From Eledone cirrhosa (Eukaryota): DNA of 64,000 nucleotides. Positions 26,378 through 41,321 of this stretch are shown one piece after another. Position 1 is the first letter of the stretch, and every line of letters begins with the position of its first letter. The stretch spans positions 14,322,001 through 14,386,000 of the forward strand of contig OZ024759.1 in NCBI GenBank assembly GCA_964016885.1, in the 5' to 3' direction. Below the pieces are notes generated by a model, which did no database searches, was not told where the DNA came from, and saw only the letters and a list, made by a program, of their open reading frames with translations. The position numbers were made by a program, and so were the translations under genes.

Positions 26378-26430
<53 letters not shown>

Positions 26431-26788
26431 CGGCGATGAATTAGTTTTGAGAGGTTTTTGATATGAAATCGTGTGTCGAAACAAATATTGTTATACTTGG
26501 GGAGGGTCATATTTGTGTAATATTGCCAGAATTAATAACAGAACACACTCACTGTTTGGTTGGTTTTCGCTTTTCGCTTCAGTGTCTTTTATATCGGTAA
26601 TCTAATTTATTCGGTCCTCAATGTTGCCATTGACTGACCAACGGTAAAAAATAATACAGATACAATATAGACACAAACACATATATATAGTTTATCAAAG
26701 TTCTTTCGTTGCACATCTGCAACATCGTCAGTGGTGCTATTGTTTCCTCCCGTTGCATTGTATTTTCTACGCCATCTTTATTTAGTCT

Positions 26789-26865
<77 letters not shown>

Positions 26866-26872
<7 letters not shown>

Positions 26873-26992
26873 GAAAAAACGAGGAAGTTTCGTTTACATA
26901 CGAAAAATATTTATTGCATATCGACCTGTTACGCGCGTTTCGCTGAGGATTGGCTCAAGGTGACCCATAGGAGTTTTGAGTCACCTTGAGCC

Positions 26993-26994
<2 letters not shown>
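26866..26994 (-). mobile_element. 5'-truncated pLTR-like element retaining the 3' half of an HHR
   Basis: Reverse strand: stem-II hairpin, then GAA-acgcgcgt-a-acaggtc. A second copy lies at 58990-59105 (+). Confidence 0.6.
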
Positions 26995-27067
<73 letters not shown>

Positions 27068-29189
27068 TTATATCTGTACTTTTAACCGTTGGGTCAATCA
27101 ATGATAAACGTTGATTGCCAAACCAACCAAACATGACTGTGTTCTGTTATTATTTCTGGCAATACTATTACAACAATATGACCCTCCCCAAGTATGTATG
27201 TATATATATATACACACACGTATATATATGTGTGCGTGTATGTGCGCGTGTGTGTGTGTAAACGGGCGGTATAGGTGAAAAACCGTAGCCTCTTCACCCC
27301 CTACATATTCTCAATCCAGTGGTCTTGGCCACTCAACCACACAACACCTCCAACACCATATCACCTATTTACCGGTTCTCTTTTCACTCCCGCTCTCTCT
27401 TTTACACTCGCACGCTATTTTGCTTTCTCTTTCTCCCGCTCTCTATCATCTCCCCTCGCACATGTCTTTCTTTCTCTCTCTCTCTGTATCACTTCTCCCT
27501 CCTCTCTCTCTCTCTTCCCCTCCACATTCTCTCTCTATAATTTCTCCTACCTCCTCTCTCTCACTTCTCCTTCCCCCCACTCTCTCTCTATAACTTCTCC
27601 TACCTCCTCTCTCTCACTTCTCCTTCCCCTTCCCAACTCTCTCTATAACGTCTCCTACCTCCTTTCTCTCCCTCCCCCTCCCAACTCTCTCTCTATAACT
27701 TATCCTACCTCCTCTCTCTGCCCCTCCCACACTCTCCCTCTATAACTTCTCCTCCCAGCCCCCTCTCTCACTTCTCCCCCCCCCCTCACCCCACTCTCTC
27801 TCTCTATAACTTCTCCTCCCAGCCCTCTCTCACATCCCCCTCCTGCTACTCTCTCACCATCACCCCCACCATCTCTCTTACTGTCGTGTTGGTGGCGGTG
27901 TCTTGACACAACCCCCTCTCAAATAGAATTACCGCTTCCTAATCACAGATTTGTGACCAGCCAACCAAATGGTGTAACTGCCCGCCTCTAGTACAGGTGA
28001 CTGTCACATGAAAAGATACCGCAATTTCTCACCTTCATCACAGACAATGGTGGTGGTGGTGGTGGTGGTGTTGGTGGTGGTGGTGTTGGTGGTGGTGGTG
28101 GTTGTGGTGGTGGTGGTTGTGGTGGTGGTGGTGGTTGTAGTGGTGGTGTTGGTGGTGGTGGTGGTTGTGGTGGTGGTTGTGGTGGTGTTGGTGGTGGTTG
28201 TGGTGGTGTTGGTGGTGGTGGTTGTGGTGGTTGTTGTGGTTGTGGTGGTGGTGTTGGTGGTAGTGGTGGTTGTGGTGGTGGTGGTGGTGATGATGGTGGT
28301 GGTGGTGGTTGTGGTGGTGGTGGTTGTGGTGGTGGTGGTGGTGGTTGTGGTGGTGATGGTGGTGGTTGTGGTGGTGATGGTGGTGGTGGTTGTGGTGGTG
28401 ATGGTGATGATGGTGGTGGTAATGATGATGGTGATGTTTATGGTGGTGGAGGTGATTGTGGTGGTGGTAAAGATTGATGGCAGTGGTGGTGATAGTGGTG
28501 GTGGTAGTGGTGATAGTGGTGGAGGTGATGATGGTGGTTGTGGTGTTGGTGGTGGTGGTGGTGGTGGTGATAGTGATGGTGGTGATGGTAATTATGATGG
28601 CAGTGGTAGTGGAGGTGATTCTGGTGATGGTTGGTTGTAGTGATGTGGAACCTTTAGTCGAACGCTGTTGCTAGTAATGATGATGATGATGATGATGCTG
28701 ATGATGATGATGATGATGCTGATGACGATGATGATGATGATGATGAAGCAGAAGTATCTTTACTGATGGTCATATTGTTGCGAAAATTTGCAGTATTTGA
28801 GTTCATCAATATATATAAAAGCTAAAATGTCTCTCTATCTGTCTGTATGCAGTCGATGCATTTCCACAGTTTTCATCCGAATTTGTTCAAATTTGTTACA
28901 TAGGTTATTTAGCTCCTGGAGCATGTCCACATATAATTTAAGCCAGGGATGTGCAACATATTCTATTGGCGGGCCACGTTTGAACATCGGAACAACTATT
29001 AGGGCCAATCACTGTCAAAAATATGTAATCTAATGAAAACCACTATTCCAAAGATTCACCATAACTTCTTTCCATAATATGGAACTGGGAAGAGAGTGAA
29101 AGTGTGAGAGAGAGAGAGAGAGAGCGAGAAAGTTTGAGAGAGAGAGGGAGAGAGAAAGAGTGAGAGGGATAGAAAGAGAGAGAGAGAGA

Positions 29190-29256
<67 letters not shown>

Positions 29257-29480
29257 GTTTTTTTCAGTAAGAGACAAAAAATGTTTTTTTTTAACATTGT
29301 CCCCTCTTTCTATTCAATATTCTCCCAGTTTGAGGAATCAAGGTTCTGGAATAATCCTTACTTTGTTCTTAATCTCAAAAAAAAAAAAAAGATGTAATGT
29401 TTTATAACAGGGAACAGTTGTTACTTGTCTTGTTGCTATTGGTGTTCTTGTTGGTGTTGTGGTTATTATTGTGCTTATTA

Positions 29481-29692
29481 GGGCGGTGGTTTGGCACTAC
29501 CGGTAGAGCGTCAGACGCCATGCTTTGCAGCATAGAGTTATGGCCCTTTACGCTCTGAGTTCAAATCCCGCCGAGGTTAACTTTGCCTTTCATCCTTACG
29601 AGATCGATAAAATAAAGTACCAGTGAAGCATTGGGGTCAATTAAATCGACTTTCCGCTCCTCCAAAATTGCTCGCCTTGTGCCTATATAAGC
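29481..29692 (+). mobile_element. Full-length tRNA-derived SINE (family 1; Meta-domain-like centre)
   Basis: A-box-like tggcactaccgg, B-box gagttcaaatcccgcc and gcctttcatccttacg.g.tcgataaaataaagtaccag. Other copies lie at ~9420-9495, 36895-37005, 42280-42795, 53995-54175 and 63423-63560. Confidence 0.85.
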
Positions 29693-29776
29693 AACTGTTA
29701 TTGTTGTTGTTGTTGTTGCTGTCGTTGTTGTGATTGTTGTGGCCGTTATCTGTTTTTGTTGCTATTGCGGTTCTCG

Positions 29777-29826
<50 letters not shown>

Positions 29827-30217
29827 CTTCTTCTTCTTCTTCTTCTTCTTCTTCTTCTTCTTCTTCTTCTTCTTCTTCTTCTTCTTCTTCTTCTTCTTCT
29901 TCTTCTTCTTCTTCTTCTTCTTCTTCTTCTTTCTCCATCATCATCATCGTCATCATCATCCTCACCATCATATGTATGTGTATGTGTAAGTGTGTGTGTA
30001 TGTATGGATGTGTGTGTATGTGTGCAGTATGTATGGATGTGTGTGTATGGATGTGTGTGTATGGATGTGTGTGTATGGATGGATGTGTGTATGTATGGAT
30101 GTGTTTGTATATATATGTGTGTGTGTGTGTGTATGTATGTATGTGTATGTATGTATGTATGTGTGTGTGTATGGATGTGTGTGTATGTATGGATGTGTGT
30201 ATGTATGGATGTGTTTG

Positions 30218-30255
<38 letters not shown>

Positions 30256-30439
30256 AGTATGTGTGTATGTATGTATGTGTGTATGTATGTGAGTGTGTAT
30301 GTGCATGATTGTGTATCTATGTAATTATGTGTTTTCACACACACACACGCACACAGACATACTTATACATACATGTAGAAACCCATACACACAACACATA
30401 CATGAACATATGCTTACATATATGTATATCTATGTGCTT

Positions 30440-30470
<31 letters not shown>

Positions 30471-30770
30471 GGGGTAATACCTTTTGGTCTATTTCCGGCA
30501 AGTAGAAGGTATGTCTCTCCCCTATCCCTTCTCCGCCAGCCTCTATTCCCGAGGGACGAGCTATATTTACCTGGATGCCTTCCATTCATAAATATTGATG
30601 TAGTCAGATGGGGGGCGGGATGGGGACTGTGGGTCCGATTGAGAGCCGGGTATGTGACAAAGACATGTGTGTATGTGCATGTTTGCATGTGTCTCATTGA
30701 AGGTGTATGCGTACAAACACACACACACACACACATATATATATACATATATTTATGTGTGTGTGTATGT

Positions 30771-30802
<32 letters not shown>

Positions 30803-30856
30803 GAGAGAGAGAGACACATATATATATATATATATGTGTGTGTATATATGTGTATG

Positions 30857-30889
<33 letters not shown>

Positions 30890-31060
30890 ATAAAATCATC
30901 TAGGAGTGAAAACTGAAAGAAAGTATAGAAATTCTACACACTTATGTGTCCGTTTTTATTTTCGTTCTTAACACGTTTTACATTCACTTGGAAAATATAG
31001 GAAAATACATTTAGATACGCACACACACACACACACACGCACACACATACACAGAGACAG

Positions 31061-31098
<38 letters not shown>

Positions 31099-31149
31099 AC
31101 ATTCATATATATATATATCAACACTATACATATACTGAGCGACAGTAGC

Positions 31150-31757
31150 TATAACCCGAAAAGAAGAAAAGATCAACATCATCGGTAACTACTGAGCCGC
31201 AGATTTTATATCGGAGTTATCCCAGTTTCTTGAGTTGCCTTCTCCTAGAACAATGCTCTGACAAAGGCTAGGGGGTCCTTCACTCCCAGTGGTTTCGCCG
31301 CGCGATCGGGTGTCTGCTCAATACAAAGCTTGACCACTTCAATGTACACGGAGCTCAGTTCTGGCATGAGAACCGATGTGTCTTTTCAGACTAGACATAC
31401 TTTTAAAATGTCGGCCCACATAAATTACACCTTAGTTTTGGTGAAGCTTCAACTTACTGGGTTGTGAGATCTTGATGAATCTTGTAACATCTCTTTAGAC
31501 CTCCTTTAGATTTGTATATTTTGTGACATATGTAGCATTGATAAGTGTGAATTGGTTGGTATGTTCTGAGGTCAGTAGGAAGTGTCCTCTGGTGTACTCT
31601 CATGTGAGATTGAAGTCCAGTTCCTGACAGGCAGAAATTTTTGTTTCGATCTTGATGTTCTTGAGATCAAACCCGAGACTATCAATTACCAAAAGATTTT
31701 ACTGCCTTTTGAATCCTTAAAGATATTTCTGGGTCCTATGCTGCATCTTTACTCCCC
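31150..31757 (-). mobile_element. Decayed, internally deleted RTE LINE with three C2H2 fingers, followed by a UTR-like repeat
   Basis: Reverse strand: 'DPEISLRIQKAVKSFG...KNIKIETKI', then 'FCLSGTGLQSHMRVH', 'YQCYICHKIYKSKGGLKRCYKIH' and 'LRCNLCGRHFKSMSSLKRHIGSH'. Confidence 0.7.
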
Positions 31758-31909
31758 GTGCTTCCAAGATGCATGCATCCATCCATCTCTCCATCCAATC
31801 ATCCAGCCATCCCTCTGGATTCATACATAGTAGTAGTAGTAGAAGTAGTAGTGTTTGTAGCAATAACAGTAGTAGTAGTAGTAGTAGTAGTAGTGGTTGT
31901 AGTAATAAC

Positions 31910-31961
<52 letters not shown>

Positions 31962-31992
31962 AGGTAGTAGTAGTAGTAGTAGTAGTAATAAC

Positions 31993-32035
<43 letters not shown>

Positions 32036-32545
32036 ATAGTAGTAGTAGTAGTAGTAGTAGTAGTAAGGTAGTAGTTGTAGTAGCAGTAGCAATTATTGTT
32101 GTAGTTGTTAATGCACCTGCCGCTGCAGTCATTTTTGATGATGTTCTGTTGTTGTTGTTGTTGTTGATGATGATGATGATGATGATGAACATGATGACGA
32201 TGATGGTGATGAAGAGGAGGTGGATGAGGAGGGGTCGTAAGGTCGCCTTCTCTCAGACTTACCATACATTTTATTGTGCTTCGACTCCCCCACACCATCC
32301 TTCCTCTCCCCCCACCCCATGCGCATAACCTATTGTCCGAGATGAGTGACGTGGCTTTGGTGTGGGTGGGGGATGTTGTTTCAACCATTGGTCAAACTAT
32401 TAGTTAAATATCCCTTCTTGAAACTATAGTCCAACTACACAAACACCCAGCATCCACCACCAACACTACACCAAACCAGCTACCTATCATCATCACCAAC
32501 ACCTCCACCAACCACCACCACCACTACCACTTCCCCCCCCCCACA

Positions 32546-32593
<48 letters not shown>

Positions 32594-32596
32594 ATG

Positions 32597-32750
<154 letters not shown>

Positions 32751-32759
32751 AATATATAA

Positions 32760-32793
<34 letters not shown>

Positions 32794-33496
32794 TTATATA
32801 GTTAGATAGATAGATAGATAGATATAACATACTACACACCAAACCACGAGTAGTCCTCTCTTGTTATTGTTTAATCTGATTAGGTCATCTAATTAACATG
32901 GCGGCCATCTTGAGATTACTCTAAAGACGACCATTACTACACTACTCGGACTTCCGGTATAGGTTGAGATTGACATCAATCGCTCTCTAGTAGCTTACTA
33001 AACAAACTTGACCACTCGCCACCAATTCCATACTCTCTAGCTAACCCCCACCGCCACCCCTGTCCATGTTTGCCTTGCCGGATGCAATCTTAACAACCCC
33101 AACCCCTCTGCCTCCCACCAAAACATCCACGCTCAGAATATGATCACGACCACCACCACCACCATCATCATAACTACCAACATCACCACCACCATCTCCA
33201 CTACTGCCACCAACATCATACCCAGCAACACTGCCACCACCACAACCACAACCACAACCACCAACACCAACACTAGCACTACCGCTACTGCCACAACTAC
33301 AACCACCACTACTACCACCACCTACCTCACCACCACCACCACCACCACTACCAACAACACCACTACTACCACCACCACCATTAACACCGCCACCACCACA
33401 ATCATCGAAGGTCCAGCTGTGTTCAGTGATAGCAGTTCCAGTTGATTGGTCAACTAGCAGCTGAGATGAAGTCTACCAATACGTATACTTATATAC

Positions 33497-33538
<42 letters not shown>

Positions 33539-33853
33539 GCATACATATATACATACATATATACATACATATATACATACATACATATATACATGCATAC
33601 ATACATACATATATACATACATACATATGTACATACATAGATATATACATACATACACACATTCATGCATACATACATACATGCATACATGTCACACAAT
33701 CACACACAGTCACACACACACACACAATCACACACAGTCACACACACACACACACAATCACACACACACACACACACACATACACAGTCCCACAATCACA
33801 CACAGTCACACACACATACACAGTCACACACACACGCACACACATACACACAG

Positions 33854-33932
<79 letters not shown>

Positions 33933-34076
33933 CACACTTCCTTCATCAACTCAGTTCATTAATTAACATTCACTAATGGCCTTATATCTGATTCTATTAT
34001 TACTGTCAACCTCTCCACCCACCCCTTCCTCATCCTACTCACCGCCACCTCCATCACCATCATCATCACCACCATC

Positions 34077-34107
<31 letters not shown>

Positions 34108-34952
34108 GCACCACCACCACCATCACCATCATCATTACCATCATCCTCATAATCACCACCACCACCATCAAACCACCATCACCACCACCATCATGATCAT
34201 CATCATCATCATGATCATCATCATCAGCATGATCATCATCACCGTCATCATCATTCCCATCGTCATCATCATCATCCACATCATCATAATCATCACTACC
34301 ACCATCACCACCATCACCACCACCACCAAACCACCACTTCCAAACCATCACCACTACCACCACCACCACCACCAAACCATCACCACCATCATCACCACCA
34401 CCACCACCACCACCACCACCAACCCTCACCACCACCACCACCATCATCACCATCACCACCACCACCAACCACCACCACCACCACCACCGCCATCATCACC
34501 ACCACCACCATCACCAAACCACTATCGTCTCCACCACTTCCAACTTCATCTACATCACCATCATCATCATCATATCTACATCACCACCACCACCACCACT
34601 ACCGCCACCGCCACCACCATCACCGTCATCCTCTTAGTAACCATCATCATCATCATCATCACCACCAATGATATTTACACCAATATGGAAGGCGGTCCAG
34701 CTATGACCATCACCAAAATATTGTCCAATGTGTACATTAAAAATATGGTGAGACTGGAGGTAGATTTGGCTGCTATTTCTTGAATTTCGGTGGTTTTGGG
34801 TGGTCAGTCATATTGTCAATGTTGGTGTCATTGCTGTCGTTGTTGTTGTTGTTGTTGTTGTTATTGTTGTTTTTATTGCTGTCGTTGTCGTTGTTGTTGT
34901 TGTTGTTATTGTTGTTGCTATTGTTATTGCTGTAATTGTTTCTGTTCCTATT

Positions 34953-34988
<36 letters not shown>

Positions 34989-35018
34989 ATATTAGTAGCA
35001 GTAATAGTAGGAATAGTG

Positions 35019-35066
<48 letters not shown>

Positions 35067-35112
35067 ATAGTAGTAGTAGTAGTAGTAGTGGTTGTGGTAC
35101 TAGTAGTAGTAA

Positions 35113-35160
<48 letters not shown>

Positions 35161-35193
35161 AGGTAGTGGTTGTGGTAGTAGTAGTAGTAATAA

Positions 35194-35256
<63 letters not shown>

Positions 35257-35431
35257 CGGTGGTAGTTGTTACATACATTACCCCGTGTGTTGTCTTTATT
35301 TTTGTTGTTGTCGTTGCAGCTGGACATATCTAATTGACCAGAAGAAATCTATGTTGTTGTAACAAAACGGCCACTACTAAGCGACCACTGGACATTGGTC
35401 AAGGAGAAAATGTCTTTATGACCACTGTCCT

Positions 35432-36085
35432 TGTGACAATACTGGACGTAGGAATGGTGGTGTGGTCTTAGCTGTAGTTGAGGCGATAGTGGTGGTGCTG
35501 GTGGTGGTGGTGGTGATGGTGATAGTGGTGGTGCTGGTGGTGGTGGTGATGCTGATAGTGGTGGTGGTGACAATACTGGACGTAGGAATGGTGGTGTGGT
35601 CTTAGCTGTAGTTGGGGCGATAGTGGTGGTGCTGGTGGTGGTGGTGGTGATAGTGGTGGTGTTGGTGGTGGTGGTGATGGTGATTGTGGTGGTGGTGACA
35701 ATAATGGACGTAGGAATAGTGGTGTGGTCTTAGCTGTAGTTGAGGCGATAGTGGTGGTGCTGGTGGTGGTGGTGGTGGTGGTGATGGTGATAGTGGTGGT
35801 GATGGTGATAGTGGTGGTGACAATAATGGACGTAGGAATGGTGGTGTGGTCTTAGCTGTAGTTGAGGCGATAGTGGTGGTGCTGGTGGTGGTGGTGGTGA
35901 TGGTGATAGTGGTGGTGCTGGTGGTGGTGGTGATGGTGATAGTGGTGGTGCTGGTGGTGGTGGTGATGGTGATAGTGGTGGTGCTGGTGGTGGTGGTGAT
36001 GGTGATAGTGGTGGTGACAATAATGGACGTAGGAATGGTGGTGTGGTCTTAGCTGTAGTTGAGGCGATAGTGGTGGTGCTGCTGG
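35432..36085. repeat. Minisatellite: five copies of a ~55-bp core separated by variable (TGG)n
   Basis: The core gacaata.tggacgtaggaatggtggtgtggtcttagctgtagttgaggcgatag occurs at ~35435, 35568, 35697, 35819 and 36016. Confidence 0.9.
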
Positions 36086-36446
36086 TGGTGGTGGTGATGG
36101 TGATAGTGGTGGTGATGGTGGTGGTGGTGATGGTGGTGGTGGTAGTGGTGGTGGTAGTGGTGGTGGTAGTGGTGGTAGTGGTGCTGGTGGTGGTTGTGGT
36201 GGTCGTAGTGATGATGATGCTGATGGTGGTTGAGGTAGTGGTGGTGGTGGTAGTGGTGATCATGGTTGAGGTTGTAGTGGTGGTGGTGATGGTGACGGTT
36301 GATGGTAGTGTTAGTAGTGGTGATAGTTATGTTGGTAGTAATGGTGATATTGATGGTATTTGTGATAGTATTAATGTGGTGATGGTGGTGGTATTAGTAA
36401 TAGTTGTAGTAGTAGTAGCAGTAGCAGTAGCAGTAGCAGCAGCAGC

Positions 36447-36496
<50 letters not shown>

Positions 36497-36763
36497 CGAA
36501 GGGGTCCTAAGGAATATATATATATATAATATATATCATATTACATATATATATATATATATAAATCTAGCTTAAGAATTGTTGAAACCATGCAATATTA
36601 CCGTTTGGATGAAGCTAGGACAACACTGGCTTTGCCGAAACATATATCATCTTATATTTCTCTGTAAAACGATTCTTCTCTTTTTATTTGTACCTCCAAT
36701 GAAGGACTAGCGTCCAAAATGTTAAGACATTTTTTATTATTAAACTATTTATAAACGTTTAAC

Positions 36764-36832
<69 letters not shown>

Positions 36833-37540
36833 TACAAATATTAATAAAATAGATGTTCTTTTGATCGATCAATATATATATATATATATATATTGAGTTC
36901 AAATCCCGCCGAGGTTAACTTTGCCTTTCATCCTTACGGGGTCGATCAAATAAAGTACCAGTAATACACTGGGTAATTGCTGGCCTTGTGCCTAACGTAG
37001 AAACAATATATATATATATGATGTTATATATATTGAAAAACACGTGAGACATAAAGCACACAGTAAACTCGGAAAAGACAGACACATGGTCAGCTGCCGC
37101 TCACCGGCAGTCTTCTAGGAATCAATATGGTTTCGGATGCATTAAAACAGGATGATTCTACCCAGTGTACCAATAGCATATTCCCCCTGTTTCCCCCCAA
37201 CTACTGCCAGTCAAAACCCCAAAAATCAAAACTACTACCTCTGTTAGCCAACTAACAGAGAAAGAAGGACAAACACGGACAGAGATATGAACTCTCCTCT
37301 CAAAATATGTATGTAAAAATTAATAATTTTTCTTCCCCTTATTATTATTTGTATAAATATGGAACTTAACCATATTATGCATATCCGCATTTGACAATAC
37401 ATATAACGCTGAAACCGGTACCATTATTAAATGCGGAAATATCCTTTTTATAAATAAATAAATGTTTTGACGTTACACTGAAAGAAACACCTCAGCATTT
37501 TCTACTGAAAAAATATTTTTCCTTTCTACTATTTGTTTAT

Positions 37541-37572
<32 letters not shown>

Positions 37573-37584
37573 ACACACACACAT

Positions 37585-37656
<72 letters not shown>

Positions 37657-37694
37657 TAAAATATATATATATGTGTGTATGTGTGTGTGTGTGT

Positions 37695-37835
37695 GTGTAA
37701 AAGGTAAACAGAGATAACAAAAATGACAAAACAAGCGGTACAGTATATACGGAAGAAATATATTAGTTTAACACTTGAAATAATAGGAAGAGAGTCTTAA
37801 CGTTTCGGGCACTAGTTCTTCACCAGAAGAGTCAG
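37695..37835 (-). mobile_element. Penelope pLTR 3' end with a degenerate HHR (CTGGTGA)
   Basis: Homologous to 15175-15297. The reverse strand reads tcttctggtgaagaactagtgcccgaaacgttaagac. Confidence 0.65.
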
Positions 37836-38761
37836 AAACAGAAGATAAAATAATAAGTAAAGAGTGTTAAGAGGAAGGGACGGGGAAAAATGTGAAAAAA
37901 TAAATTGGGGGAGAAAAATAAAAGCACACGTGCGTATTCAGTCGGCCATCTTGATTTATATGGTGAGGGAGACGGTAGTGGGGTGAGAGAAAGAGATTAC
38001 TGGAGTGTGACAACTATACATCATATAACAGAAACTACATGTCTGTTAATGGCCAGGAATCTATCAACTTTTTAATATGACACACCTAACGCCTTCCTTT
38101 CAACCTTTCAACCTTTGGACCTTTCAATCTTTCAATCTTTCAATCTTTCAATCTTTCAATCTTTTATTCGTTTAATCTTTTATTCTTTTAATCTTTTATT
38201 CTTATTCTTCTATTTTTGTTGTTTTGGTTTGCTTGTGTGTGCGTCGATGTCTGTGTTGGTAAATTTGACGTTTTATAAAGATGACAAAACATTGGCGTAT
38301 AACGTTAGCTATGAAGGCGGCGCGGCGGAGAGCAGGAAGACGGGTGGGGTGGGGGCCATCTCCTTCTATATCCTTGTCAACAGTAACAACAACCACAACA
38401 ACAACCTCAAAAGCAACAAAAATAACACCTTGGTCCCCCTGCTGCTAATGGTGGTGGTGGTAATGATGGTGATGGTGAAGGTATTGGTGGTGGTTGTGGT
38501 GGTGATGTTGTCGGTTGGGGTAGTATTGGCGGTGGTAATGGTGGTGATGGTTGTGGTGGGGGTAATGGTAGTGATTGTGAAGGTATTGGTGGTGGTGATG
38601 TTGGTTGGGGGTAGTATTGGTGATGGTAATGGTGGTGTTGGTGATGGTAATGGTGGTGGTGTAATGTGATGTGGAGATTTATCTGTCTAATTATCTAGTT
38701 TGTTGATCTACTAGCCAACATTTACAGTGTTACGAACATTTAGATTTACAGACATATATAA

Positions 38762-38848
<87 letters not shown>

Positions 38849-39053
38849 TATATATATATATATAAATGATGTATATATATATATATATATATATAAATAT
38901 ATATATACACACGCATCATTCACTGTACAGCCACTTCAATGCTGTCTCGTTTAACGGTTAACGAAAATGAATGAGCGATCGAGAGACCAAGACATATAAA
39001 TAATACATATACATATATATATATATATATATCTATATCTATATATATATATA

Positions 39054-39128
<75 letters not shown>

Positions 39129-39232
39129 AATATATTTATATATAATACATATATATATATATATATACATATATATATACATATATTTATATATATACAT
39201 ATATATATTATATATATATATTAATATATATA

Positions 39233-39330
<98 letters not shown>

Positions 39331-39387
39331 GTATATATACATATATATATACAATACATATATATATATATATACAATACATATATG

Positions 39388-39423
<36 letters not shown>

Positions 39424-39446
39424 CATATATATACATATATATATGT

Positions 39447-39482
<36 letters not shown>

Positions 39483-39489
39483 ACATATA

Positions 39490-39571
<82 letters not shown>

Positions 39572-40976
39572 TAGATAGATAGATATATAAAAAGAGAGAG
39601 AGAGAAGAGAGAGAAACATACAGATAGAGAGATATTGAGAGTGTGGTCCTTATGCGAATAAGAAAAAAAGCAGCAAATAGGTAGGAGGGCACTGCCCCTC
39701 CCTCGGGCAATTAAAAGCCAATAACATGTTCACAGCCCAACTAAATAAAAGTCATTTTTATCTCTAACACTGTATCTATTGTGGCTATTGATGTTATCAT
39801 CATTGTTAACGTTTGTTGCTGTGTCGTCCATTGAAACTAGCATTACAACCAGCCACCACCACCACCACCACCACCACCACCACTAACAGTACCACCACCA
39901 CCACCACCACCACCACCACCACTAACAGTACCACCACCACCACCACCACCACCGACCACCACCACCACTAACAGTACCACTACCAACACCACCATTATCA
40001 ACGCCATCACCACTCTTAAAACCACCACTTCCACCACCACTACCACCACAACCATCACCAACCACCACTACGACGACCACCACCACCACCACCATCATCA
40101 CCATCATACACACCTCCACCACTAACAATACCACTACCAACACCACCATTATCAACACCACCACAAGCAACACCACCACTACCAACACCACCACAAGCAA
40201 CACCACCACTACCACCACCACCACTACCACCACCACCACCACCACCACCACAATCAACACCACCACTACCAACACCACCACTACCACTACCACCACCACC
40301 ACAATCAACACCACCACTACCACCACCACCACTACCACCACCACCACTACCAACACCATCACTACCAACACCACCACTATCATCAACACCACTACCACCA
40401 CCACCACCACCACTATCAACACCACCACTACCAACACCACCACTACCAACACCACCACTATCATCAACACCACTATCAACGCCACCACCACTATCACTAT
40501 CAACGCCACCACCACTATCACTACCGCCGCGCCTCCACTAATATCAACGTCGCTATCACCACCACCACCACCATTATCAACACCACTTTAATTACCCCCC
40601 CCACACACACACCACTAGTGGGTTCGGTGCTACTAAACTGAGAGGGGGGAGAGGGTCTTGAGGAAATTGACTTCGAATCCCAAACTGAAGGAATGTGGCC
40701 AGGCCAGCGCCATCAAACACCATCTTGTAATCCAACCTTTGACCTCGATACCAGTAAACCTGAGCAAATAAACTTCAAAACACAGATTCCTCTCTTATAA
40801 ACGACTGCCTTGTCGGGTATTGTCCACCTGTTGGAGGGACTCCTTCCTGGTTGACCTCCACCGTTTCCTATCTCTGGCCAAACTGGGGGCCATGTAGGGC
40901 CGAGGTTTTGGGTCAGATCGTATACAGTTGGGCCTCTGTATATGTACACACACACACACACACACACATATATATG

Positions 40977-41022
<46 letters not shown>

Positions 41023-41029
41023 TATATAT

Positions 41030-41221
41030 ATAGGAACAAGTAAGACCCCGACGGCTGAGCTCAAGCCGTTTCGACGGCTAATTCAGTCCAGAATTAGCCG
41101 TCGAAACGGCTTGAGCTCAGCCGTCGGGGTCTTACTTGTTCCTATTACCCACTCTACTACCCTAAGTATTGAGTACTTTGGTGCGTTATGGTCCACCTGG
41201 TTCCTTACTACATTTCCTTCG

Positions 41222-41223
<2 letters not shown>
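41030..41223. mobile_element. Fold-back element: 55-bp perfect arms, 6-nt loop and ~78-bp tail, in (TA)n
   Basis: Arms 41030-41084 and 41091-41145 contain the HHR 3' half GAA-acggct-tgagctc-agccgt-c-ggggtc. Same family as 59791-59933, 42195-42250, 41735-41790 and 47815-47962. Confidence 0.85.
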
Positions 41224-41304
<81 letters not shown>

Positions 41305-41321
41305 TCTAAAGTCTGTCTTAA

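Larger units (their letters stand above)
25961..26380. repeat. Perfect ~334-bp palindrome with no spacer, plus an ~85-bp tail, in (TA)n
   Basis: Centre aacatgtt at 26124-26131; arms 25961-26127 and 26128-26294. Confidence 0.95.

Noticed and set aside
28806-29040. Helitron-like 5' end and hAT-like terminus (cagggatgtgcaac)
   Set aside because: Single unpaired termini recognised only by resemblance.
29481-29575. tRNA gene
   Set aside because: A/B boxes belong to a multicopy SINE head and there is no complete cloverleaf.
35432-36085. Repeat-spacer arrangement resembling CRISPR
   Set aside because: The spacers are only variable-length (TGG)n, so this is a minisatellite.
40795-40940. Possible minus-strand exon
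   Set aside because: 'LARDRKRWRS' looks more like a decayed RTE C-terminus; too weak to call either way.
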